Source: Takakia lepidozioides
Taxonomy: Eukaryota > Plantae > Bryophyta
DNA: 64,000 bases
Assembly (NCBI GenBank): GCA_030704615.1
Contig: CM060734.1
Location: 57,536,001-57,600,000, forward strand
Direction of reading: 5' to 3'
Position 1 is the first letter of the stretch. Each line of letters opens with the position of its first letter. Below, one piece after another: positions 51,573 to 64,000 of the stretch. Made by a program: the position numbers and the translations under genes. Under the pieces are notes generated by a model, which saw only the letters and a list, made by a program, of their open reading frames with translations, made no database searches and was not told where the DNA came from.

Positions 51573-54500
51573 GTTTTTTTTTTTTTTTTTAATTGCATTT
51601 TGTTTAAAAAAAAAATTGATTCTAGTGGTCAGAGTCTCCGTTTTTTCAAAATATAAATACTCATATATTATATATATAACCAGAAAAGCATGTGTTGACA
51701 TGTGCAGTCATGTAGTGATTCATCCATGTGATGATCTGGTAGAATGCATTAGAGTGAGAGTCATGAAGTCATATGTCTTTCTAGCAATATACACACATCA
51801 TTCTAGTGTAGCCATGACCATGACTGGTAGTCATATCTGCCATGCCAATATTTGTGGTCAAACATGTTTGACCTGTGTTCCGCAGAGTCCGGAGCCATGC
51901 AGTCGCATATACGCCTTCCCCAGACCTGCATTATGACTTCAAAAGCATTTTACGACTGCAAATGGCATTTCTGCCACAAATCTGTCATGACTGCGCACCC
52001 ATGGGAGTCGTAAAAGCCGCAATCTGTTGTAGTGCAAAGCGATGTCACGGCCTGCCACCTAGATAACCAACGAATCTTGTGAAACCTTTTGAGGCACTTC
52101 TGAGCATCATTAAGCTCGGTTTGCAAGGTTGCCTTACGCTTAGATGATTTGCGAAAATGACCAGCAAGAGAGTTCAAAAGTGTGTCAACCTCATTTGAAA
52201 TAAGATGACATGCTGATGTCTTGGCAGCTTCTAATGCTGCCAAGTTGGTCCTATGTGCTACGCAATGGACGGCCAACATAAATGGGTTTACCTTTTGCTT
52301 AAGACGAGCAGCCACGCCGGATCGAGCCCCCACCATGGTTGCTGCCCCATCCGAACCAAACCCCAAAAACTTATCTACATCCAAACCCCACTCTTTCAAA
52401 CTAGTTAGTAAACACTCATATATCATTGCGGCATCCTTCTTGCCATCAATAATCTGAAGTAATCCCAAAAACAGAGTGACTGGCAAACCCTCTTCAACAA
52501 AAGAAGCAAAAACAACAAGATGACCGGTCACTGAAATGTCAGTTGACTCATCTATCATGATTCCATAGTACTTGGAATCCTTCACTCTATCCAACACCTT
52601 TTTCTGAACAACACATGAGATACAATACAATATATCAGCACATGACTTCTCATCATGGTACAGTTTCTGGGTAATACAAGCTTTGAGAGTAACCAAAAGT
52701 TGACACAAACCTGGAAATTTGCTAAATGGCAAGGCCTCCAAACCAATGTAGTAAGCAACTTGGAAAAGAGCCAAAACAGCATCATCACAAGCTCGATTAG
52801 CACTAGCTATGGCTTTCTCCATGGCTTTCTTACCAGATTGTAGGGCCCAAGAGAACTTACGATGCTCTTCTGACCTAGCATGGTCTTGGAATGAACTCAC
52901 CTTGACATTGACAGAACCAGCATTTGCAAAGACTGTCCTCCCTCCTTTCCCTCTACAAACTTTACAAAAAAACCCTACCTAGATCATGGTTAAACTCAAT
53001 CCAATCAAATTGAGTGTACCAAACATCTTTCCATGCTTTCTGGGCTGCCTCTACACTATTCGATGGCTTGTCCATACCACTTGAAGATGAGGCAGGGGGG
53101 ACAGCGGAAGGAGACTCCTCATCACAATCACCAGTGCGACCAGCTCTAAATAACATATTGCTTAGATTCCTTTGGCGCTTGGCCATAGCCAATACCTTAC
53201 AAAATACAAATTTATAGCACGGAAATTGCAACAAGGAAGGGCCAGCAAGTGCAAGCAGGCGGGAGCGTTGGCAGCACATCAACATACAGCCAGTGGTAAG
53301 TGCGGGCCCCGACAGGTGAGCTGTGGACTTAGCAAAGAACGAGTGCAAGGCCTGCCAACTGCCTGAAGCAAATCAGAAAATAGAAGGGGAGGTGGGTCAG
53401 AAATGGGTGGGAGGTGAGATGCAGCCCTCCCAGCCGCCTTTGCCTGACACAAAATAGACACGGCTTGTGCCTGCTGCAAAGCAACAGAAACCGTGGTCGA
53501 AAGAACGGTAGAAGAACCGAAGGGGGAGGCCTACCAATGCCCTTGCTTTTTACTGCATGATGAGCACAAAGTATGCAGAAAGTCATGTAGCTGTAGACTT
53601 CGAAAGGCAAAAGTCATAACCTCTCACTAGGAAAAGCAAGGACATAACCAAATGAAACAAAGACTCATGCCTGGGCCTTGAAGTGTGGTAGCACGCAGCG
53701 AGTGCAAGCAGGCGGGAACGTCGGCAGCACATCAACATACAGCCAGTGGTAAGTGCGGGCCCGGCAGGTGAGCAAAGGACTTAGCAAAGAACGAGTGCAA
53801 GGCTCTTCTAGGGTTTGCCCCCAACCACCCTGGCTCCGTCCGTTGGATGTAACCAGGCGTGGGCCCTGGCATGCTAGATTTCTGCCACGTGGCAAGGCTC
53901 TTCTAGTCTCTTCTAGGGTTTGCCCCCAACCACCTTGACCCCGTCCGTTGGATGTAACCAGGCCTGGGCCCTGACATGCTGGATTTCCGGCACGTGGCAG
54001 CATTCAACGGCCATTTTCCGTTTTCTTATAAGATAAGAACGGCTGGAATCCGTCCAGGCGTGCCAACTAAGGCATATTTCCGGCATTTACTGATACGGAA
54101 AGGCAAAAATCCGTCCTCTGAGTCAGGCACTCGGATGATTTCCTCTTGGGCCATTTTTTCCGTCGGTTCATTTTCCGGAGGTTTCATGTCATAGCTGGAA
54201 ATTCCAGGATGGCACTCGGCTGGCATGTAACTGGCTGCCGGTTCTTCCCGTTCATTGCACAGGGTGATACTTTCTGCTACACCTTCTCCAAGCAATTTGA
54301 ATAACTTTTCTTGCTCATCAGGACATTGCACCCTGTTTTCATGCATTAATTGGTTCTCACGCATAGACCTAAGGAACGACTTAAAGAGCGTGTTCCCTAG
54401 ATGACGATCTTAGAGGTCATAACGGTCATAGGGCAGGATACCTAAGTGCTGGGACGAAACTTGGTGAGGCTCACCATTTTGAAGCGCGTGAAGGTGCTGC

Positions 54501-54754
54501 TGGGCCGCGAAATCTCGGCGGCCGCGCTATTTTGATGATAGCGCGCCAGATAGAGTGCCTGTTGGGCATACTATAAGTCAATGAGGTGTAAAAATGTGAT
54601 GGCAAAAGTTCCACACAACGGAAACATGTGATTTGGAACATGCAAGTGATGTACAAATAACAAAATGATCACGTGGTGGGTAAGAATAAAAGTTGCCTTT
54701 TGGTGGTTATTTTTTTCACCTTTTGGGTGGTGGTAGAACATGAGTACATGTGTG

Positions 54755-56064
54755 CACATGCCACGATCTTTGCCAACTCCACGTCATGTATTGCCAAGGG
54801 CATGTTCTTCTTCCCACCCTCTCCCTTCTTTGTAGCCTCCTTCCCCTGCTCCTTTGTTATCCTACTGCCCTCCCCCGCATGCACACTCACCCCTTCCTCT
54901 CCATGGGACTTCTTCTTCTTCCTTCTTCTTCTTTTCCTTCCCCTTCTCCACGACCATCTCCTTCCCCTTCCCCGCTACTTCATCTCTCTCCTTCTCCCTC
55001 TCCCTTCTCTCTCTCTCCTCGGCAGCCCCTTCATTGATGGTAAAAAGGATCTCGGGAGGTCGAGGCCTCTTCTGCTTACCTTTGGTGTTCGGGTCCTTCA
55101 TGAATACCACGTGCTCTCCCTCATTGGCAACCCCACTAGACTGCACCAATGAGGCCAGCCATGTTGCTGCCTCCTGAAGACAAATAATCCCTCCAAATTC
55201 AAAAAAAGAAACAAACAACAAAGAAAATCATGCATGCAAAGGAAAGGATAAGACATGGAACAAGGTGCGACAGTTGTACCTTTGCAAGCTTGTCCGACTC
55301 GCCCTCGGTGTCACCCAATGTGGCAGGAGTCCCCGTTGTCGGATGTGCCCGCTCTATCCCCTCCCGGAGCGCTACTGGAAGTAGATTCCAGATGTGGAGC
55401 ATAGCCGGCGGCGGCGCCCCGTAGTCTAGGCCCTTCTTTGCTGACCGCTCAGGCTCAGGGGGCGGCATCGCTGATCGGCTAGGCCGCTCCGAACCGGCCC
55501 ATACCTCCTCCACTCCCCCCCCCCCCAAATGCGTATCAGGGTAGAAGCCCTCACCCGGCTTGACTTCTTCGAGGCACTTCGCTATCTTGGCCACTTCATT
55601 GGCCCTCCTCGTCTCCTCCTCCCACATCAACAACAATGGGCTAGCAATGGAGGCTTTCAAAGGCCCTTGAACCTGACGTTGGGCCTTGGTAAGTGCAGCC
55701 TTTGCTGCGGAGGAATGGGTCGCTATGGGGGTGACATCCAAAAGTTGCCCTTACCGGGCCCCCAAACGGGTGATGTGCTTGCCAAGGTACATTTCACCCG
55801 TCTTGGTGGCCGGGGGTGTGCTCAACTGAGCATTCGGCTTAGCAACAACCTCCCGAATATGAGAGCTGGCTGAGTCGGCCCCTGACGCATCCAAGATGTG
55901 GATAAGAGGGGGGGTACTGGCCTCGGGGGCAGACGAACCCTTCGGCTGCGGCTGTCAACGGGGCTGGTTAACCGTGAGACGCCCTGGCGTGTCACACGTG
56001 CCGGCAGAGCAAACGGATTGTCCGCCCCTTTCTTTGGGGCAGGGGACTTCTTCTCTTTCCCCAT
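54755..56064 (-). pseudogene. Disrupted intron-containing low-complexity (K/E/P-rich) gene, probably a TE accessory gene
   Basis: Frames MGKEKKSPAPKK... and ...EGESDKLAK, then a GT-AG intron at ~55278-55176, then EAATWLASLV...KGKEKKKKEEEE. Frameshifts and a stop are present. No known domain. Confidence 0.4.
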
Positions 56065-59000
56065 AAGCTGGTACCTGTCATGCAAACCCACAAGTTGGCC
56101 TCATTAGGAAACAACCTCTACATTCCAGATCAAAAACAAAAAAAACCAAGCATGTCGGGGGCTGAGAGCAGCAAGTGCTCGGGGTTTCGAGAGGGGGCAA
56201 CAAAGAGAAAAGAAAAAGGTGGGGGGGGGAGTGACTGAGCACCACGGGCTCAGTCACCCCCCCCCCCCATTTTTTTTTTTTTTTTGGTTTCCTGATCTCT
56301 CTCTCTCTCTCTCTCTCTCTTTTGCTGCTCACAAAATCAAACAAACCACAAGGGAGAGAGGGTGCAGAAAAAGTTAAAAAGATTGTACTCATAAGACGTT
56401 GTTTGCCGTAGCCTTGTGGCCATTGACCCCGTGCCCAGTTTGAGCGGAAATAAAAGGGACAGAACCTGCCTCTGTCAGGGGCTAACGTTGGTAGTAAGAC
56501 TTACCTTCATATATAGAATTAATCTGGGTTTTCCAGATATCCTCTAGAAATCCCTTCACACAAGCATCAATCTGTCGTGTGTGATTTGCCCAATAACTAG
56601 GCCTCAGGAGGGCCTGGGCTTTTGGCTCAGCCTTGAGACTTTCAAAGTTGGTAACCAGAGGTACATGCACAAGTGATAGAAAATTGGAGAGCACAAAAAC
56701 ACAGTAATAAGGGTCGTAATGTTTTCAAGGAAATAGAATATGCAAGACTCGCGTAGGGTTCAAACACATAAACAGGCTCAGTTACAATATTCACAATTAA
56801 TATGATAAATATAATTTTATTGCTAATATTCTTCAAAAAAAAAGACCAGGTTTTATTTGACGAAATTAATTAAAACCCTCATAGATCCATGAGACATACC
56901 AAGAAATAATGTACTAAGGCAAAACTCGGATTTTGCGAGCTTAATAACCTGAGATAATGAAAAACATTTTGGACATGCCTATACGAAAAAAACAAACAAA
57001 CAAACAAACAAAACCAGGGTTTGCTGCCGGCAAAACTCAAAGACTAGATGTCTTGTGTTCATGACATACTTTGGAGTAGTTATGCAACTGTTCCATTGTG
57101 AGGGAACTTATTTTGCCATGGTATGTTCTAGGTATGTACCAAATATCTCTTTGTGCTCGTATGAGCTTGCATACATGCTACCTAACCTCCACCTTCTCAA
57201 TGCACTTATTTGGAGGTTGGCTGTCGAGTGTGAGCATGCTAATGTGAGCAGAAAAGGATATTTCACATATTCTAGAAATTCCCGTGGAATATGTTATGGC
57301 AACGAAGATGAGCTCGCGCTGGAAAATTGCGAAATTGTGAAAATTTTTGCTCATGGAAGCATTGTAACACACTAACTTATTGGATGAGATATCCATCCAG
57401 GGAAACAAATAAAATGGCACTAACTTTCACCAATGAAACCATTTTTTCGATTTTCATCTTTTTTTTTCCACCAACGAAACTCTACATAAACTCACTGAAA
57501 TAGATTTTTGATGTATTTGAGGCGAAAAGCTGTCAAATATGATATTATGATATTAAATTATTATCTAACTACTAGATGCTGGTTTATAGGCAAATGGTAT
57601 CTATGGGCGATTTAACCTTTTTTCCTTTCAATCATTCCATGTACATTTTCAATATGTTTAAAAATAAAATAAAAAATACAAACACATTCATCATACATAA
57701 TGAGTATAATAGCCCTTATGGTGCGGCAGTACCCTATGTCTGCTTATGACTTGTATTTAAACATATAAGAGTGGATTGTGCTCAAGCTATAAGAGTGGAT
57801 TCTACTCAGGCTGGCTAATGGGCTTACATATTGTTTAAAACAATTAAAACAAATAGTTGATGTGGGTGTTGGATGTTTAGCTTTGACGGACAACCCACAA
57901 TCCGTTCTATAATTAATATAAGGACAATGGAAAAGGTGAATTCATGTATGGACAAAGCATACCAAACTATGTCCGAGGTAGATTACCGTATTGTGACCCA
58001 CTGTAATCTCCAGAGGAGTTACACTCCCAACCCTTGGAAAAACTTGAAAAAAAAAACCATACAAAGACTAGAACAAAGTTGTTTCACTTCTTAAGCATAA
58101 AGTCTAGCTTGACTTTAGTCAGTAACGTAGCACTTACCAGCCTTTAGTTGTCAACTTCACTGCCATCTTAAAGGGGGGTCCTCCAAGAAGAGTCAAGAAT
58201 GGCAGCACCAAAAACTTTCACCATTCATTGGGGCATGCCATAACGCAATTGACGACTTCGCATTCACTTGGGTCTACAAATAAGTCCTTACGGCTAAAAG
58301 TAGCTTGAACATTAAGATTAGGGACAGGTGATGACTATAGAAAGTACCTACAATACAACTAGCTTAAAGCTAACTAGGATTTGAAATAGGTAGTCATTTC
58401 AAACTTAAGGAGGTTGTGGGTTCGATCGATGATTTTCATGAGATGCCGTCAATTTACACTTTATTAATATGATTTATCTTTGCTCGTGGCATTAAAAAAT
58501 TCAGTTTTATGTAATACATATTCCCCTCTAAAATCATTATAAAGAGTGACCTATGTATCAATAACATCGAGTAATCATGGGTAGACTTATTTATGGTTGG
58601 GGTAGGGTTGGATTGAATGGGGTAGGTGGGCCAACCTAGTGGGCAGCCCCCAAAGTATTGACGGCATTAGCCTGCAATAGTGAGAATGGAGTGCGATAGG
58701 CTCTACATTTGTATGTTTAAGCATGGCTAACAAAAATTTGCAGACTTCGGGAATGTGTAACCTCCCACAATTTCATCATATCTAGTGAGCAAATGCTCAT
58801 GAGTGTAGAATTAAGAAAAATGTAGAAATTCTAGGGTCCATTTCCACCAAATGAACAACCACTTCGAGATATTGAATTACAAATTGAGGTTTTAGGGGAG
58901 TTCTAATTAGTCCTTCCTATAAGTTGTTTTGAACCTAAGCACATGAGAATTGGAGGGGCATTGAGAACAGGTGTTTATCCTAACTCCCTAGACTCGGTTA

Positions 59001-59288
59001 GGTGTTTGGTGAAGAGATTTAAAAATGTGTCTCCTCTATAAGGCCTTCGAGGTTCATTCATGCATCCTATGCAGGCACCAAGCATGCACCAATTGCTAAA
59101 ACAGATGACTCCCTTCAAGAGTCCAAATTGCGGCCCAGCAATGAGAAGCCGAATACGCCAAGATCTTTCCACTATGAAAATCTCTTAGCTTTTCCAGTCT
59201 ACATCAGAAAGGTGGTAGTATCGTGCAAAATGTCTCCACCTCGTTCAATACTGCATTTTCTTGTATGTAGAAAGCTGGCTCCCGGACA

Positions 59289-61280
59289 TCAGTCAGCCTC
59301 TTCCCTGTCTGGTGGGAGGCCACACGGTACAAGCATTTTCTACACAGCAAGATAACACCATTACAAGAGAAAACTCATTCTCTTCCAACACCGATTGTTT
59401 AGAGTAGGGCAAGAAGATGCTATGAAGCCATTTCTGCACTCAAACCAATCACATGAACCTAACTTCCCCATAGACTCAACAGTGTGCAAATGCATTTGAC
59501 ATTTAGCCATTAGCACAATATTGAGCTTCTGACTAAGGCCAACAAACTCATAGAACAGTGCACAAGAAGCACCATCTGAAGTTCCCCGTAATAGCCAGCA
59601 CCTCATCTAACAGAGGCAAACAACATTGAATGCATTGTAACTTATGTACCCAACTCCAGCTTGATATCAACATGGAATTCAGACTAAGTATGTTCTTCCT
59701 GTACCTGCATAAAATTGTAGCGCTCCCGTCCTATTGACTCATTCTCAGCTATCGCAAAGTAGGCTAGAAGTGGTGCATGCCCGACATATGATGCATAGCT
59801 GTCTCTCTGGATGTTGACAGCCCACTCACTGCCCTCCATCATGCCAAGTAGCACAAAAGTTATTTCCATACGAACATATCAAGAAATTTAGCAATCCAGT
59901 ACCGGTTCTGAAGATGATCAGGGCTTGCCAATCTCTTGGTCCACAATGCTAGTCAAGGTTCCATACAAAGTTTCAAAGGATCCCTAAAGCAAATAGGACA
60001 AGCAATCTCTATCATCTCAAGATCCAAAGCTGAGAAACTGATGCTGAGAGGAGCCTTCCCCCAAGATGTGCAAGGGAAACTCCACGCCCAGTCAACTTCT
60101 GGGCAAGATCACCAAGTGGTTCTGCAATATTTTGATGAAACTGTTCCACCTTATGGAGGTCACCACACAAAACAAGAGGCAAGACATACTCACAATCTGT
60201 TCACATCTGCATGGCCGGTTCCCACGTACTTGGCTTGCAAGTGCTCAAGCTGGCTGTTGATGTTAAATCTATCACTGGCCTGCCAAATACGAACCAAACT
60301 ACAGTCAAACCAAGAGCCCTTCAACACTCAACCTCATGTATGTTCAGTCTCCATCACCTAACCAGCTACAATCTGCTATTTAAAGGCCTTCTTGATGGAC
60401 TATGCCAAGGCACACAAAACTGCAGACCAGTATGAGCTATCCACCTAGACAGTGACATCCTACCCATACACTCCTTTGACCAAACTCAAAACAAGGGGAG
60501 AAAGAAATGAAAACAGTTTTTTCAGTCTGACCTCTTCCACAGACAACAGGAGAAGCACGGCCTACCCATAACACAATCCAAGATGTGTTGGCCAAGCGAA
60601 GTGGTAGAGCTTCAAAGAATCGAGTTCAGGGTAAAACAATCTAATGTTGTGACACTGACAGGGTAGCAAGGGTAACCTAGTCAAATTATGAACATAGTAC
60701 TAAAGATTAACGGAACGAGAATCCAGCTTTCTGTATTATGCCACACCCGCAGAGAAAGAGCCAAAAAGAGTCGACCTCCAAGAGCGACGAATTAAGACTT
60801 GAATTCTACCGACTCTAGAAAGGCAGGTATGCTTTTCACCGTGCAGCGTTACACGACAATGATTGTCTCTGGGTGAGAGAGCAAAAGAAATAAAGCAAAA
60901 ATTATCTCATCCGCGGGAGGCCGAGAGAGAGACTTAAAGGATGAAGAAGGGGGCATTTCCCCTCACAAACACACCACAAGGGTGGGCATGTCGCAAAGAA
61001 ACCTAAAACCGTGGACACTGCAATGGATTATCCAGACTCCTGCCCTTCCACAGGTTTTGGTCCATCCTCTGGATAAGTCGAGTATAAACCCAGGTGCCCC
61101 ACACACCACGTACCATGGGCAGTATACCCACACTGCAAACACATCCGTAACAAGCACAGAATCCACATGACCTTCCCCTGCCCAAAACCCGAATGAAACA
61201 AATCAACCCGTTTCAATTCATTCAGAAGCACACAAACGCACATAGCACAGATTACTGAGAGATGGAAACCTTACCTGCAT
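59289..61280 (-). CDS. SF3B5: Splicing factor 3B subunit 5 (SF3b10); 4 exons
   Basis: Exons 61280-61275 (MQ), 60279-60194 (ASDRFNINSQLEHLQAKYVGTGHADVNRF), 59828-59705 (EWAVNIQRDSYASYVGH..ESIGRERYNFMQ) and 59339-59289 (KMLVPCGLPPDREEAD*). Confidence 0.97.
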
Positions 61281-63703
61281 ATTGCTGCAGAGGCCCTGAG
61301 CCAAGATGCACAACCCTAGAAACTGAGAGTTCGAAGAAGAGAAATCAAGGCAATCTCTGGGAGTCTGGCTCTCCGTGAAAGATCTGCCCTAGATAGAGAC
61401 AAATCCGCCCCCCTCTCCCAAAATGTTTGTCGTCTGCCCGAACTGCCCAAGGCAAGATCGGAGACAGGGAGGTGTTGGTGGATTGCAGCCTAAGTAGCTC
61501 TTAGCGTTGCTGCACACATGCGCAGGGATGGGAAAGTTGTCGTGCGCGCTCGTGCGCGCGCAGAGAGAGGCCATAGCCAAGGCCTTCACATCATGCAGCA
61601 GATTAAAGCGCAAGGCTCTGGATCTGGAATGGGTCTCCATCACAGGGATGCCGGATCCGGGACCCTCGCAACAACTGGCTGTGACGCCTGCCCAGTATCC
61701 GGGGCAACCCAAGAAAGGTATTGGCATGTAATTCTTTGCGTAATTCTGTGGGCTCTAAATGTGTGGGTCAGTGTCCCTGTCCGAGGCTCCATCCATTTTG
61801 GTCGAAGAAAATTATTTGGTGTGCTAGTTTCAAGAGGTGCAAGCATTTTGAGCTGAGTCTCAAATCAGAGGGCCAGATGTGCTGATACCCATCGATGTTG
61901 CCCCTCCGGAGCAGAATGGTGACAATCTCCAGTCTCTCTCGGAGAGAAGATGTACTCATTGACGGTTCCGTCCGTACATTGGCTATGACGGACCCTGAGT
62001 GTATAGTTCATGCAGGATTTCAACGCACGGACGGGGTTCGTATCCAGGGTATGGAACTCATGTACATGACAATCCCGTCACAGGGAATTGATTGGTGATG
62101 TAATCAGTGGGAGAGAACATAGTAGCGTATCAAAATGTTGTACGCAAGAGAGACACCGCTGCCACCAAAATGTTTGAGAGGGAGAGAGAGGGGTTTTAAT
62201 TGGTAACCCTATCCCCGCATGCACGCAGTAGTAGATTCTAAGTGTTTTAGTGGTGTTGGCATGCAGGCCAAGCCTTAAGTATAGAGAGTTGGCAAAAGGT
62301 CATATCAAGTCCTTTGCCAGGTTCGGACAATATGTCTGTTAAGGTGAGGTGTCTCTATTTTTCCCTACCCTGTTAGTTCCAAGTATTGATCATTTTCTGT
62401 GAAGCGGTTGTGTGATGCATTTTTATTGAATAGACCATGCTTTCAGTCACCGACAAAAGAAATTTGCTGGTCAATGTGACTGGCAGTCACGGTTATTGGA
62501 TCACTGAGTTATTTCTTCAACATGAAAAAGTTGGTTGGTCGCTGTTGTGGATTGCTGCTGAAGTGATGTTTGTGGAGCTTGTTGCTTGTAGCCTGGTTTG
62601 TGCAAGGCTGTGGTTGAAACTGTTGCTACCAATCTGCACACCGGTGGTATCACAGAAAAGTACAAGATCAGACTGCAGACATAACCACAATAAGGAGGTC
62701 CTTTCGAAAGAGGATCAGGCAAATCCACCTTGGGTGAAAACAGAGCTAGCTACCATGGATGTTGCATGGATATCAGATTATGTCTCTAATTCTGGTGTGA
62801 ACATTAGAGCTTCAGTGAACGTTCACGATGGGCGTCGAGGTTCTGGTGGGATTGACGAGTATGGGCAAAGGACAGAGTCTGGGCAAGCATGGGCTATGGA
62901 GGAATGTGAGTGTCACCTACAATTGAAGGCAGCCTTGGCCGCCACAATTTCATCTAGTGTCTTCTGCAATGTGGTTGTTGGTATGTTTGGCGGTTTTTGT
63001 GTACATGAGGCAGAGAAAGAGCCTTTAATGACTCTAATACTATCTAATGCTATACAGGAACTCCTCGATAAGGACTGGCACAATCAAGTTCTCATGTTGT
63101 TGCAATTCACGTACACAGGTCAAGCAATGAGCATCGAACAACTCGGGCAGGAGTTATTCCCAAATCCTGGAGGCTGGGGGGGCGGTAGGTTTGAAAAGGT
63201 GAGACAACCATCCTTCAGGACATGAAAGAGCTTGTCAAGGAGGTTGTGAGACTAAAGCTGGCATCATAGTGTTTTGTGCATTACCAAGTTGTTTGAAAGA
63301 TGCTCGGAGTGTTGGTGTGTGGTCAAAAGCTGTGGCCACTTGTGGTGTTCACAGAGAAGTCCAAGATCACCTAGCTTCTTCACACATCCTTGCAGAAAGT
63401 CGGCCATTTGGTTTGAGAGTTGGGTGAAAGCACAGCTAGCTGGCATTGAACAGGGTCGAGCACAATCTGGTGATGGTCCTAATGGCGGTGTACAGAATGG
63501 AGCTCCAGGCCAAGCATACAATTGGTATTGCTTTGAGGATGATTCCAACTTTAACAACATGTAACTACTGGTCCAGCTTATTCTCAAAGTAAATGACTGC
63601 TGTAGAATGTCTATCAAGAAGCCTAAGATATCTTTCTTGGAAGTATGAATGAGCTTCGAGTTCAGTGTAATGGTTTGTGTCTAAGGGTTGTTAGCCATGT
63701 AGG

Positions 63704-64000
63704 ATGGCAGGGTTGAATGAGGCACAGCTGTTTGTTGGACATCAGACCATCAGCAGGGGTGATACCATCACCACTGCTTTAAAAAGAGGACCAAGAGCAG
63801 GAGTCAACAAGAACTCTTCTGGCTCTTCTGGACATTTGAGGGCACTATGTAAAGCAGGACGCCTGAAAGAGGCACTGCATATTCTGAACCAACGAGGCAT
63901 TCAAGGAGACGCCAGTAGTTATGTATGTCTCTTGCGGGAGTGCATCAACATCAAAGATCTAGCAGAAGGAAAGCGGGTGCATGCTCAGATCGTCCAAAGT
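63704..64000 (+). CDS. PLS-class pentatricopeptide repeat protein, 5' part (runs off the window)
   Basis: Open frame MAGLNEAQ...LRALCKAGRLKEALHILNQRGIQGDASSYVCLLRECINIKDLAEGKRVHAQIVQS. The true start may lie in an upstream exon. Confidence 0.88.
   Translation, partial: MAGLNEAQLFVGHQTISRGDTITTALKRGPRAGVNKNSSGSSGHLRALCKAGRLKEALHILNQRGIQGDASSYVCLLRECINIKDLAEGKRVHAQIVQS

Larger units (their letters stand above)
47131..52034. mobile_element. Non-autonomous CACTA/EnSpm element (4.9 kb) with captured PPR fragments
   Basis: CACTACAACAAATTGCGGCTTTTACG ... CGTAAAAGCCGCAATCTGTTGTAGTG, a ~30-bp TIR, with 3-bp TSD CAA. TGACT/AGTCA subterminal repeats. No transposase ORF. Confidence 0.95.
46319..53185 (-). 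pseudogene. hAT transposase copy 2 (C-terminally truncated, interrupted by CACTA)
   Basis: Near-identical to copy 1 with intact IMIDESTD and HCVAHR. It has a frameshift in an A run at ~52966 and a 9-bp deletion, is split at 47131-52034, and ends at EIARV. Confidence 0.92.
43362..54257 (-). mobile_element. hAT DNA transposon (ZNF862/DUF4371-type transposase) with internal tandem duplication
   Basis: 8-bp TSD CACAGGGT (43354-43361 and 54258-54265). Imperfect TIR CAGTGTCCGGGAA / TTCCCGTTCATTG. CCGG-rich subtermini. Confidence 0.88.
42674..54442. mobile_element. Non-autonomous PIF/Harbinger-like element (host of nested hAT and CACTA)
   Basis: Perfect 20-bp TIR GGTATCCTGCCCTATGACCG ... CGGTCATAGGGCAGGATACC, with TAA on both sides (42671-42673 and 54443-54445). 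Confidence 0.85.

Noticed and set aside
62437-63564. ORFs faintly suggestive of a decayed DUF659-type hAT transposase
   Set aside because: No intact diagnostic motif, TIR or TSD. The resemblance is too weak to call without a profile search.

Overview
This is eukaryotic nuclear DNA from a non-seed land plant, probably a moss. That placement is inferred from a moss-type CONSTANS-like B-box sequence, a PLS-class PPR gene and bryophyte-style retroelements. Spliced host genes rebuilt by hand are a SIS3-type RING-H2 E3 ligase (10 exons, one U12-type intron), a plastid-type GNAT acetyltransferase, an MRNIP-like gene, a choline/ethanolamine kinase and SF3B5. A PPR gene starts at the right edge. Between these genes lie three TE islands. 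(i) 1-9.5 kb holds Gypsy fragments, a CONSTANS-like pseudogene and a P-element/THAP9-like transposase. (ii) 22.6-32.4 kb holds a Copia element carrying nested TTAA-specific piggyBac-like MITEs; the block is bounded by a ~0.7 kb duplication of the 3' region shared by two convergent genes. (iii) 41.9-54.4 kb is a nest with recoverable TSDs: a piggyBac-like MITE abuts a Harbinger-like element (TAA), which contains a hAT (8-bp TSD, internally duplicated), which contains a CACTA (CAA) carrying scrambled PPR fragments and a tRNA-derived SINE. The most unusual signals are transposon types rarely reported from land plants (P-like and piggyBac-like) and a PPR-capturing Pack-CACTA. No database searches were run; all family assignments come from motif recognition.
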